Positions 27,286 through 39,099 of a DNA stretch of 64,000 nt are shown one piece after another (the first letter of the stretch is position 1; each line of letters opens with the position of its first letter). Source of the stretch: Lama glama (taxonomy: Eukaryota); contig CM052832.1 in the NCBI GenBank assembly GCA_028534125.1, positions 20,152,001 through 20,216,000 on the forward strand. The letters run 5' to 3'. The notes beneath the pieces were generated by a model. It had not been told where the DNA came from. It saw only the letters and a list, made by a program, of their open reading frames with translations, and made no database searches. Made by a program: the position numbers and the translations under genes.

Positions 27286-27434
27286 AAGGTAATATTCTCA
27301 ACTCATAAACTTTCACCACATCAACATCACCTGTGGTGTAACATCTAGTGTGGATATTTATCATGATTTTGAAGTCCTGCCCTGATTTCATTCCAAACTT
27401 TACATCAAACCTCATTTCCGTGACTACTTCTCAT

Positions 27435-27493
27435 GTAGCATTTATGAAGACCCTCTTGGCACTAAGTTATATATATATATATATATATACGTA

Positions 27494-27565
<72 letters not shown>

Positions 27566-27730
27566 TAAATTGTCTCATTTAGTCCTAACAGCAATCTTGA
27601 AAGATAATACAAAATTATTTTTGTTTCTTACTTAGGGAGACAAAGGTGCAGAGGTTAACTATCTCTGGTAGGTTCTTGCAGAGAATAAATGAAAGAAGCA
27701 GGATTTGTATGAGTCTGTTTACAAGTCCTG
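27435..27730 (-). mobile_element. MIR SINE interrupted by a microsatellite
   Basis: CATTTATGAAG...GGCACT, then the microsatellite, then TCTCATTTAGTCCTAACAGCAATCTTG...GGAGACAAAGGTGCAGAGGTTAACT...AGCAGGATTTG. Confidence 0.7.
27468..27564. repeat. Compound (TA)n/(TG)n microsatellite
   Basis: About 97 bp of alternating purine-pyrimidine sequence, directly visible. Confidence 0.98.
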
Positions 27731-28909
27731 TGGTCTTCCAATGCCCTTGTGCAAATAGCAGACACCTTGATATTATTCCCACTTGCCCCATTCTTTCTAA
27801 TTCCGCTGACCTTCCTGCTGCTGTGGATGTGTTTCATTCATTGCTATTTATTATCCTTCAGAGTCTAGCTCAAAATGCTAACTTTTCCATTAGATCTTCT
27901 CCAAAGCATCCCTTCAGTTGTTCTTCTACCTAATTAAAATCCATTAGACTCTACCTACGTTTACAGTAGAATAAAAGCTCCATGTTACTAACAGTGCTCC
28001 TGGCTGAGCTTCAAATAGGCTCCTGCTGGCTGCACCACAGACCCTCTGCTTAGTCCCTCATCCAGCCCATTAGCCAGTGCTGACCAGCCTCTGCTAGAAA
28101 ATCCCCTTCCACAGCCACACAGTCCTGTGGATGTTCTTCTTGTTCCCAAAGAGGTGCCCACGCCCAGAGGAACCCTGCAGTGGTTCAATGAGGCTAATTT
28201 AACTTCCCTCTGCTTTCTACTAATTTGGGACCTTGCTCCAGGTAGATGTGGTGCAGCCTGGGGAGTGGTACTACCCAGAGTTCTAAATGGGAAATGAGAA
28301 GAAGGCGCAGCCCTCACCCTCATGACTCCCAGCTCTGTAGTACAGCTGAAGTGTAGACTGCCCTCCCATGGTCATTCCTACCTACATGTGCACGTTGGGC
28401 AAAGTCATCCTTACATTGGGGGCATGTGACAATCTAGGAGATCAGGGACGGCACAGGAAGAAGGAGAGAGCTCAGCTGAAGGACACACATCTTCTCTACT
28501 ACCCTGAGATCAAATAAGCTACACTCCATACACCAGGCCACTTCAGGAAGACATGCAGTGGGGAAACCATCTGAGAGGCATCTTATCCCATGCAACCTTC
28601 ACCGTCTAAAGGGATTGCTAACTATTTGGAAGGGACAGAACCATCTTAACTGAATAGGAAGGTAGGTTATTCTTACTCCTTGCTTTAAGGAGTATGAGCT
28701 CTGACAAAAGGCCACATTAAATATCAGAAAAATAAGGATCACAAAATTCTTTGCACATTTTGTTTATTCTATGCCTGAACATGGCCCGAGACAAACCTTG
28801 CAGGCTGATTGAATGTTGAATTCATGACCAGTGGTCTCAGGTGGGCCTTATTGGTCCAGTGATCATTCTGTATTTCAGTTTTGTTGACTTTTGGCCTCTT
28901 ATAAATGAC

Positions 28910-30900
28910 TGTTTTACACTTTCTCCTCCTTTCTGAAATCTCCCCTGTCATCCTCTTTCTCAGCTGATGATCTTGCTTCCTTCTTTACTGTTAAACTAAA
29001 GCAGTCAGAGAACTTCCATGACCTTTCAACACAACATCCACCCCACCCGACAGCATCTTCACCCAGATGAATCTGGCGCGTTCACTTCAGGTAACACAGA
29101 TGAACTCCTTGTGCTTCTGTCTAAAGTCAGCCTCTCTACGTATTCACTAAGCCCTGCTCATCTACTCCAAGACATCATCCCCCCCAGTCTCTTCTCTCCT
29201 TCCTTGTGTATTGAATTACTCTCACTGGAATATAAAATAGTATTATTTCACCTATATTTTAAAAAATTTAGAAACCTTCTTTTGACTCTACCTATCCCTC
29301 CAGGTAGCTCCCATTTTGAATCCTTTTGTAAAAATTCTCTTCAAAATGGTTGTCATTATTTGCTACCACCAGTTCTCTCTTCCCATTTTTTCTTAAGCCT
29401 GCTCCAGTCAAAGATTTCCCCCTCCTGTCCTCTAAAATTTTTTCATAAAGGTCACTGATGATCTCTACTACACTTAAATCCAGTGTTCAAATCTCAATTC
29501 TCATCTTATTAAACTATCAGCACCATTTCATAGAGTTCACCACATTATTCTCCTTGAAATACTTATCTTGGTGTTCTGGGCAGTGTGTTCCACTGCATTT
29601 CCTGTTATCTCACTTGTGGTTTATTTTCAGTCTCTCTCAGAATCCTCCTGTTCTCCTCCACCTCTTATCTTCATAGTGACTCAAGACTTAATCCATGGCT
29701 TTCTTCCTCTTTATAGCTCTCCTCCCTCTTTGGCTATCTCATCCAGGTTCATGGTACTATTTCATTTCATTTCATTTCATTTCATTTCATTTCATTTCAT
29801 TTCATTCCGTTCCATTCCGTTCCGTTCCATTCCATTATTTATAACTTCAGCTCAGACCTCGCTCCTGCATTCCAGGCTTATGAATCCAATGATTGTTTGA
29901 CATCACCAACAGAATGTCTAGTGAGGATCTCAAATATAATACACGAAAAAATTAAGCCTCAGTTTTTGTCAAACTTGTCCCTTTATCTCAGTAAATAGTT
30001 TAAAAAAAAAAAAAGTCCCTCCAATTGCTGGGGACAAGAACTTTAAAGTCATTCTTGATGTCTCCATTTACCCCCCACTCCTACGTGCATTTGATCAGGA
30101 AATCCTGTTGTCTCGATCTTCAAAATGGAACCAGAATCCAACCACTTCATACCATTTCCACCACTAATATCCTGGTTGAAGTCACCGTAAACTCTCATCT
30201 GAGTGTTTTCAAAAGTTTCTGAATAATCAGTGTTGCTCTTTCTGCCCTTCCCCCTTTCCAGCCTATTTTTCACAGAAAAGCCTTTCAAACAGGTCAGATC
30301 ACGTGACTTCCCTGCTGAAACCAGGCTAATAGTTTCCCATTTTCTTCAGAATAAACCTCACAATTCTTACAGTGGTCTACAAAATCTCGTGTGACATGGA
30401 CCCTATTTCATTCCGATCTCATCCCCTGCTCACTGCCCCCTCCCCACTTAATCTATCCAATCCACCCAATTCTCCCGGCAGTATCTCCGTATTCCCAGGC
30501 ACAGTCTCTCCTAAGAGCCTTTGCACTCTGTTACCTCTGAAATATTCTTCCCTTTAACAGCCATATGGATAGTCCATCACCTCCTTCATGCCTTTGCTCA
30601 AATACTGCCTTCTTGAGGCTGCCTTCTGTGACACTCTATTTGAAACTGCCATTTCTCTACCTTGATTCCCTTTAGGCTATTTTTGTCTTTGTTTTTCCTT
30701 TTCCTGTAGCACTTCTTGGCTTTTAACATACTATTTAGATTAGTTATGTATTTTATTTATTGCTTTGTCTATCTTCTCTTCATGAAACAAACTCCATCAG
30801 GGTCAGAATTTTTTTTTAACTGTTTATCTCAACATTATATCACAAACACTAGAATAGGATCTGAGATAAGAATGGATGATTAAATTAAAATCTGAGTTAG
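28910..30900 (+). mobile_element. L2a LINE, about 2 kb 3' portion
   Basis: CTCAGCTGATGATCTTGCTTCC...AAATCCAGTGTTCAAATCTCAATTCTCATCTT...CAGGAAATCCTGTTGTCTCGATCTTCAAAAT...CAGATCACGTGACTTCCCTGCT...AAACTCCATCAGGGTCAGAATTT, in L2 order. Confidence 0.92.
29759..29836. repeat. Pentanucleotide array: (ATTTC)9 followed by ATTCC/GTTCC units
   Basis: Directly visible: 9 ATTTC units, then ATTCC GTTCC ATTCC GTTCC GTTCC ATTCC. Confidence 0.98.
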
Positions 30901-33127
30901 TCATTTCACATATAAAATGTCTTGAATGCTGCAAATTTTTAATAGTCATTTTATTCTCTCCCCTGCCTTTCTGTTTACTTCCAGCAAACATTTTATATTG
31001 TCTCTGTTATTGATGAATTACCTTCTACCTATATAGGTATCATTTGGCTACAAAGTCCACGATTTTGTCCTCATCACTATTAGGACACACAGAACCATCT
31101 ATGTACAATCCAGGCTTGAAGAATTAGGAGGAATTATCCCAGATTTGAAAGATCAGCATTCTGTTTCTTATTTTAAAGTGGAATTGATTGCAGAGTACAG
31201 AGTGTCTGTGCAGGGAGTCAGTCTTTTGATTAATTCAAAATTGTTTATCAAACTCTGCCATGGAAACATTGCAGTTTTTAACTACTCTGAGCACATTTTC
31301 AACTAAAGATAGTGTCTTAGGAATGACTAATAGTTTCATCTTAATTTGAGCCTCACCCCCACTCCCTGACTCCCTTCTTTCCATCCCTACCTTAATCAGT
31401 AGCTTTTCAATAAAATATCGTAGGCCAGTGAATGACTAAAATAACAGATAAATAGCTCTGTATACCCCAACGCTGGTTCTGAGGGCCAGGCATAAGTCTG
31501 CTCTAGGATGTCAAACTGAATTAGTAACATTAGCATATTTGAATTTCATTGTACGTGCTTTTGACACAATTTCTTAGCAACAGCGAGAATGTTTCCACCA
31601 GTCACAGTGATTTGTAGGCTGCCAGTCCCCTGATAACAAATTTTCTTTGGTTTTTGGCACAAGTGTTCTTTTATACAGTAGTGTGGGCAACATGATATAA
31701 CTGACTTGTCCAAGAAATTTATAGAAAATTTCGAAAGATAGTGGGGCAACAGGAAAAAAAATGTTAGATGAATTAACTAGATAGCATCCGCCAAAGTGTA
31801 GATTATAGAACATGTTTCATCACCTCTGTTGTAATTATAACCTTGATTATCTGAGTGATGTTTCCTGGAGACAGCATGATATTTCACTCTGAAATTTTTG
31901 TAGTTTTGAAATTTGCAGTTCAAAGGGAATGTTTGACAAATTGGCCCCCAAATTAACTTGGCATATGTTTTAGGTCATTGGCAGCTATTTGCCTGGCATG
32001 GTTTTTCTCTTGCCTTGCATTTTACCCTAATTCCTCATACAACCCGCCCTTATGTGTTTTTAAGCAAATAAACCATGTGACATTTTTGTGGCAGAAAGAG
32101 GGGTTTTATTCATAGCTTCCTGTGATCTATTCCTTACTCTGAAAACAATATAATTTGCAGACTTCCAGATTTTAGATATTTTTCTCCTTAAATTTACAGA
32201 GACTAGAGAAATGATTTTTCAGGAAGGTCCTGGATGTGATGTGTTTAATAAAAGACTAGCCTACTGCCCCACTTCTCTGCCCGCTCCAAAAACCCTCTGA
32301 ATAATCTTCTTTGTTGGAAACACTAATTCATTATCTCTTCTTACCTCCTATAGAGTGGGGATTAAACTTAAACCTGCAACTTTGCACAGAATTATGCAGA
32401 GGAGAAAAAACTACCCACGCCAGCCACCACACATACACATAGACCTGCACAGAGGATCTCTTTTAAGGGGGTGCTGCAGGGGCATAATTAATGTGAGACA
32501 AATTAGGACTGCAGGGAAGATAACAGGACTTTTTTCCTGTTTAAGTTGAAAAATTTGCAGCCTCCTACTATTCCAGAAATTTCTGGCCCTCCCCGAATAT
32601 CTCAAAACAGCCTTACTTCATCAATTGATAGCCAATATCCAAGAAAAATAGGCATTTAATTCGGTTAATATTAGGGTTATGATTTAAAAAATAGACCCTG
32701 AATATACAATCACTGATTTATATAGATTTCCTTTATTTATGCAGTTGAACCATTTCTAGATTAAGGCAGAGAATAGATACATAGATGATAGATATTAGTT
32801 TTAATAATATCTAATCTTTTCAGAGTTCATTTTTATGGGAGGAATGTGGAGTTAACAATTTACAATTGCCTAAAGGGGAAGAAGAAAAGGATTTCCACAT
32901 AAAAGAAGGCAGAGCAATGAAAGAATAAGGACCAAAAATGAATTTCGGTTTATCACACTAAATTTTAAAGGCCAAGCCTTAATTATGTCAGTATTTCTGG
33001 ATCCCAGAACTACTTTAACATTGCCATATCTGATTTGAGTTCAGATTTGGAAATCAGAAAACTTTGCCGTAATAATAGAAGAATTGGCTAAAGGGAAAGA
33101 GAAGACTGGCTAGAAAAATAATAGAGT

Positions 33128-33260
33128 TTTAGATATAAAAGTAACTTTAGAAGCTATTCTTTACAGAGAAGGAAACAAGACCCAGAGTGATTAAGCTGAT
33201 TGGTTTCAGGTTATCTGAAAAATTTTAAGTAATATATAGGTTTCCTGAATCCCAAGCCTC
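33128..33260 (-). mobile_element. MIR fragment
   Basis: TTTACAGAGAAGGAAACAAGACCCAGAGTGATTAAG matches the antisense MIR core. Confidence 0.6.
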
Positions 33261-33611
33261 GCAAATGAGGATTGTAGGGTTAAATAAAAACATGTTAATA
33301 AGTTAATAAATCATTAGTTTAAAAGTTGACCTTAAATTTAATTGATGAAAGGGCTAAAGAAGGGCCAGTGTTGAAATTCAAAGACCTACAGTACCCTGAC
33401 TTTCTCTCTGTCTGGATTTTAGTTTCCAAAAGACCTTTGGAATCTATTGATTTATTTTGATAAAATTCTGTTTTCATCTAAGGGTTTAAGTGTGAGATTT
33501 AATCACTCTGACAGTTACTCCAGGAACCTTCTCTATGTACTGTCATATTAGTAATGTCAGTCTGGCTATAAAAATATATGCATATTTGGAACTTCATTCA
33601 AGTGATCAAAA

Positions 33612-33840
33612 GTCCATTCTGTGAAGAAGCCCAGGCCACATGGAAGTGTTCTGACTGAAGCCCCCGCTGGGCCATATGAACCATCAGTTACAAGATGTGT
33701 TAGATGAAACCTTCAGGATGGCTGCAGCTCCAGCCACTGTCTGATGACAAGAGAAACGCTGAGCGAAGATTGCCTGGCTGAGCCCAGTCAACTCTCCAAA
33801 CCATGAGGCATACCGATAAGACGAATGAAATGATTTATTA
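33612..33840 (+). mobile_element. MLT1F/G/H-type MaLR LTR, 3' part
   Basis: CTGTGAAGAAGCCCAGGCCACATGGA...CAGCTCCAGCCACTGTCTGA...TGCCTGGCTGAGCCCAGTCAAC...AACCATGAG. Confidence 0.8.
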
Positions 33841-33864
33841 CATGGGATCACGAGGCAGACGGAA

Positions 33865-34776
33865 CTTCCTCCAGCCTCACTGGCTGCCTCAAGTCAGTCT
33901 CTTCGGCTTGCTTCTCCATTTCTGCCTGAGCTCTTAGTGTAGGAGTGCTCCTGAGTTCTGTGCTCTCTGCTCTTTTCTGGCTACATGTTCTGCTTAACCA
34001 ATCCATGACTTTAAATATCTATAAAGAGAGAACTCCCCGAAAGGTGTATCTTGCCCTGATGTCTTTAATGAGTTCTAGTTTGTAGAATCGGCTGCCTTTG
34101 GGATATTACTGACTGCATGTCTAAAACGTACCTTCATTCGGAATATTCTTCCTCGGTCCTTCCTCAGTAAATGGTACGATCACCCACCTAGTTGCTAATG
34201 ATTGCTGAATCTAGAAATAAGTTTTAATTTTGTCTTTTCCCTCAATATCCATGCTATCCAATGTATCAATATTCTCTTAACTCTACCTTCAAAATATATC
34301 CCAAGTCCTGTCACTTTTCTTTATCTCTACTACTACCAGTCTTGCTCTGTTGCATTGGCATTGTCATATTTGCCCTGCCGTGAACCCTACAATCCATTCT
34401 CCCCAAGGCAATGAGTGTGCTCCTTAGGAAAAAAAAAAAAAGGTAAATGATATTATGTATATCCACTTAAAATCTTTCCTTGGTTTGCAAGTGTGGTTAA
34501 CATAGAATCAAGGTTGAGAGAGATCTCCCCTGAATACTCAGTTTAAAGGCACAATCTTCTGATCACCCACTTGTACAATTTTTTGTTCTTCATAGCTGTT
34601 TTCACAATCTGAAACTATCTATTTAACTTATTTGTTTGCTTATTATTGTTTTTCCTCGTTATCTCCCGAAGAGCAAGGGCCTTGTTCACCCTGTTCCCCA
34701 CTGTATTCTACCACATAGAAGACTGACTGGCACTGAGTACATATTCATAAATTTTGCTGAATCAAAGAATGAATAC
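33865..34776 (+). mobile_element. L2 LINE 3' portion
   Basis: Pyrimidine-rich L2 motifs ending ...CTGGCACTGAGTACATATTCATAAATTTTGCTGAATCAAAGAATGAAT. Confidence 0.85.
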
Positions 34777-36099
34777 ATTTGTATTTTCCAAGAGATAAAT
34801 TGTCGCTGATGTGTCAGAGTTATTTCCGATTTTAGATCTTAAAAAAGAGTTGTCACATGCCCAGTTTCACCTTTTTACTGCATTCATGAGAATAATATGA
34901 ACCAGAAATACTAGATTTATTGGTGCTCGCAATCTTTAGTTTTAAAATAACATCAAATAGTACCATGAACATAGACAATAATATTAGGGTTATTTTCACA
35001 TCTCTAATGTGAGATCTTCCATTTGATTATCTCTACTTGTAAATGGGTACATTGATTCAAACTCAGTTTGACATTGCAGTTGGACTCTTGCTGTTAGAAC
35101 AAAGATAATCAGAAATGTTTCTTGTCACGAGCTTGTTTAAATGTCACTATCTCCTTTTTGGAGAAGCTATGCAGTTTTATGTTATACAGATCATATATTG
35201 TCTGCTGATCCTCTTGGTATTCTTTCATAATTTTATAGATTTTTACCAAACATCGAATGTTTCTGTAGCTTCTGGCTTTGGGGAGCTGACAATCGCTGTA
35301 GAGTTTAAGATTCGAAGGACTGTTGACTACTAGCATCAGTCTCCAGTGAAAACAGAATTGAACTCTAAAATTCTACTTGGACATATAGAACAATGCTCTA
35401 AGATAGCCAGGAGTCTCTAATTCAAATTTCATTGTTCAGTAAAGGAATAAGTCATTATTGGGGCATGTAAGTTTTCTGTTAAAGAATTATCTAGAGACTC
35501 AAGAAATGTCAGAGATTTCTGAAAATTAAAGGGAGGACTTAGAGACTACTTCAGCTTAATTTCTTTTAGCATAAATGGTTGATAGCTTTAGGTCAAGAAT
35601 TATGGGAAAAACAAGTAATGAAAGAGTGCTTTCATAAAAAGCAGATAAGTACTTGAATGAAAACAATTTTAAAAATTACAAAACTTAAAACATTTTCAAG
35701 GAACATAATTATATATATGTAAATATAAAAATACATATATAATGATTATGCTATAGATATGCTGTAGAACTTATAAATGCCCAACTGTATATTCCAATAC
35801 AGATAATTACGCATTATGTTGCAGATTATTTTAAACAGGTTTAGTAATTTCTACCACTATAATAATGCAGTGAAATGCATGACTCTTTATTCCTTGCACT
35901 GACTAGGAGAAAACTTATAGCCAGAGCTCCCTTACTCATGGGACTGAGTCAAACTGGAGATTCCCGAGTAATCATTGATATTGTCCAGAGCAGAGAGTTA
36001 ATAAGAGTTTCTTAACAATAAGTCTGAAACCATCACTACGGAAAATGTATGAAAACGTTAATGAGATTAAATGTGCTAGGATTTTTCTTTCCTCTTCCC

Positions 36100-36245
36100 T
36101 GTTTGACCAACCAATGAGAATTTTTCTACATGAGGAAACGCTCGTCACTCACATCTTATTGGTTGAATAAGGACTGTCCTGTGTCTGAGTGGAGAGGCTC
36201 CATAAAGCTCTCCAGCCGCTACAGACCTTTCTCCCTGTAGCCAGT
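36100..36245 (+). promoter_or_regulatory. Candidate Pol II core/proximal promoter
   Basis: CCAAT at 36111-36115, GAGGAA at 36132-36137, CGTCA at 36143-36147, ATTGG at 36158-36162 and TATA-like CATAAA at 36201-36206, in canonical order and spacing within non-repeat sequence. There is no expression evidence. Confidence 0.55.
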
Positions 36246-36528
36246 GTGGTCAGTTACATTACACTTTTTTTAATAGAGTCAACTATTTTTGCTACTTTGC
36301 TTCCTGACTTTTAAATAATTCAATGCCAAAGACAAATGCCTTTTCTTGTTTAGCATAAGTATTACAAAATGGAATTTTTACTGACACTTCAGTATCTCCT
36401 TGTCTTTTGCACTACAGTTTAGAGCACTAAGGATCGCTGGGTTGTCAACTCAGGTAGCTTAATGCGTCTTCACTTACTGTGTAGTTTACTATATAAGGTC
36501 ATTTCATTCTTGGCTTGTACTCATTTTG
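36232..36528 (+). other. Candidate first exon (start inferred about 30 nt after CATAAA)
   Basis: Ends at a strong donor TTG|GTAAGT (36528/9), with a weaker donor CAG|GTAGCT at 36453/4. An internal acceptor (TACTGAC...CTCCTTGTCTTTTGCACTACAG| at 36417) would instead give a 111-nt internal exon, 36418-36528. Confidence 0.45.
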
Positions 36529-39099
36529 GTAAGTTCTGTTGTTGTTTGAAGTGGTTGTAGGTTGTGTACAAGTTTTTTCTTTAATGTGAGTTTTGATTCA
36601 AAGAGATCAACTTCTCATATGCTTGTTAACAGAAGTCACAGAAAATATATAACTCCTGCTCCTTTAAGCATCATGTTTTTCATAAAAATGGATAATATAT
36701 GTCTATAGTTTGTTACAGTTGTGTGTTGTATTAAATTCATGAACCAGAGAGAAAAATTGGCTTTGGATATTAAATGAGATTGTGGATTCATTACATGTCC
36801 TAGTTACAGTCCAGGAAAAAGCATTGATTTGGTTATCGGTAGTGCATGGAAATACAAAGTTGCACATTTTACATCATTACAGGTCATTTTTAAAAATCAA
36901 AGCTCATATTGAGATAATTTTTAATACCTACTGTTTTTTGGAAGACTTTTAAATACCTTTCACCTTAAATAAAAAATAAACTTAATAACTAAGAAATTAC
37001 ACAATAAATTGATTTTCTTATAAATCATGAAGACACAGGATGGACAATGAAAAAAAGAGCTTACAAATTAAGGAAAGACTTGGAAATTAAAATAATTCTT
37101 TATCATTCCCAAGTATTACATCACAAAGAGAAGGAAATTATCATTTAGTTCCATAACTACATTCCTGCATTTCCATAGACCAGAGTCTAAAAGATTAGAA
37201 GGCTACTCTGTTTAAGAAATACGCATTTTGAGTGTCACATTAAAGCATTTCAGTACGTAGAATATCATACATGACAATTCAGAGCTTGAAAACATCACAT
37301 CATTTTCCAGCATGTGCTGTACAAACTCTGGGAATAGTGTTTTGTTTTTCTTTTAATGTTCTATTTTTAATGTTCTGTTTAATCTTGAAGGTGATTCTTA
37401 CAAAGCAAACTATATAATAAAACAGATTATCAAGTACTAATGTAATACTATTGGATATATTATTACTGGAATTAGGAATTAAAAATCCTAAAATTTTGCT
37501 AATATAAACTTTGCAAAGTTATTTTAGATCAAGTTCTCAGGTAAATTTTCCAGCTGAGATTAAGTTCCAGATTTAAGTGTTGTTCTTCCAACCAAATGAA
37601 ACATACTGTACATCTTCTGATTCTTAATCTGAAGATTATGTTTGTTCTTTCCAGTGATTTTGTTAATAAATGATTTCAGTTACATCAATAGTGTTTTTAT
37701 AATATTTACTCTTTGATATCCTTGGAAACATAATTATTTATATGCAAGATGATGATTCAGGACATCTAATCATCCAGAAAGGAAAAGACAGACTAACCTT
37801 TGTGAATTGAAAATTCGACCAGAAAAGGATTCCGTTTGAGATGGTCTTACCCAGGCAAAACTGCTATGAGAGGGGAGTATTTTACATAAACTTTTTAAAA
37901 TGTATGGATTCTGGATGAGAGAGCAAAGATTCATTGCATTTGAGACACTCCTTTAGAAGTTCGTATTTTCCATTTGTGCTCAGGTTAAAGCTGGTTAACT
38001 TGATACATTCAAAGGAAGAAGCAACTTAGCATATAGCTCTTGGGCAAAAATCGAACAGACATAGGTTAGCGTTATTCTGAGATAAACCAAAGTCTGCATC
38101 CTAGGTCCCATTTCAATTTGCCCTTGTTGTTCTAACTTGATCCCTAGATTCTGTGAACAGGAGCCTGTGTGTAATGTAAGATAATTAGTCTCCAGTAAGA
38201 CTAATTTATTCAATAATCTATAAAGATCCTTGAACAGACAACCAACCACCACAGCGGTCAACATGGAAACCTATAACCTATTTATAAAGATCCTTGAGAA
38301 CTTAACTGACTGGGCTGGGACTCAATATGAAAATAGGTCCAGGTCTGTTTTAGTTGGAATTCACAGTAAAATGCAATCTTAATTTTTTTAAACTTAGAAA
38401 GAATGAATCATTCAGAATGAGAACTCAATCACAAACAGGGAGGGGAAAAAAAAAGGAAGACAAGCTTTTCTTGATTTCCATTATGTCTGAAATTATTTGC
38501 ACAGCTTCAGCTGTACTTTCAACACCTTATTTTTGAGTAACTGCCTTTCTATATGAGAGGAAAATGAGGAGACATATGGAAACCCAAATGAAGCCTTGTA
38601 AGTGTGTTTAGGCCGCCACCCCAACCTTTAATTAAGCTTATTCAGGCACTTGAGATGTCAAGCCCAGGGAAAGTTTCTTTTTGTTTGTTTGCCTAAAAGC
38701 TTTATCCGGATTTTTGTAATAACATATATCACATGGGCTAATTAGTTGCAGTGCTTTGTCATTTATAAATAGCTTGCACTATCTGGGCTGAAAATCTGTA
38801 AGTTGAACAGTAGCACAAATTTATCAGTGTGAAGGCATTGGAATATTAAGTTTTCAAATTAAAAAATAAAACATTTCTCAGAAACTACACTGAAAAATGC
38901 TATCTTTGGATGACAGTAAATCAGGCTAATTTCTGAAGTTGGTGATTATATCATGAGTTACTGAAGAAGGAAAAAAACCCAATGCATCAGCATGAGAAAG
39001 TATTTCAGGATTACAAAATCCAATTAGTTCAGTCCATTGTAGGGGAAAACTCAAGTGAATTAAACACACAAAAAGAGTGTTAATAATCAGTATAATGGG

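Noticed and set aside
27348..27635. ORF with YI/CV repeats
   Set aside because: It is the translation of the (TA)n(TG)n microsatellite.
29018..29900. 146-aa and 110-aa ORFs, including the FHFIS repeat
   Set aside because: They are translations of decayed L2 sequence and the ATTTC array.
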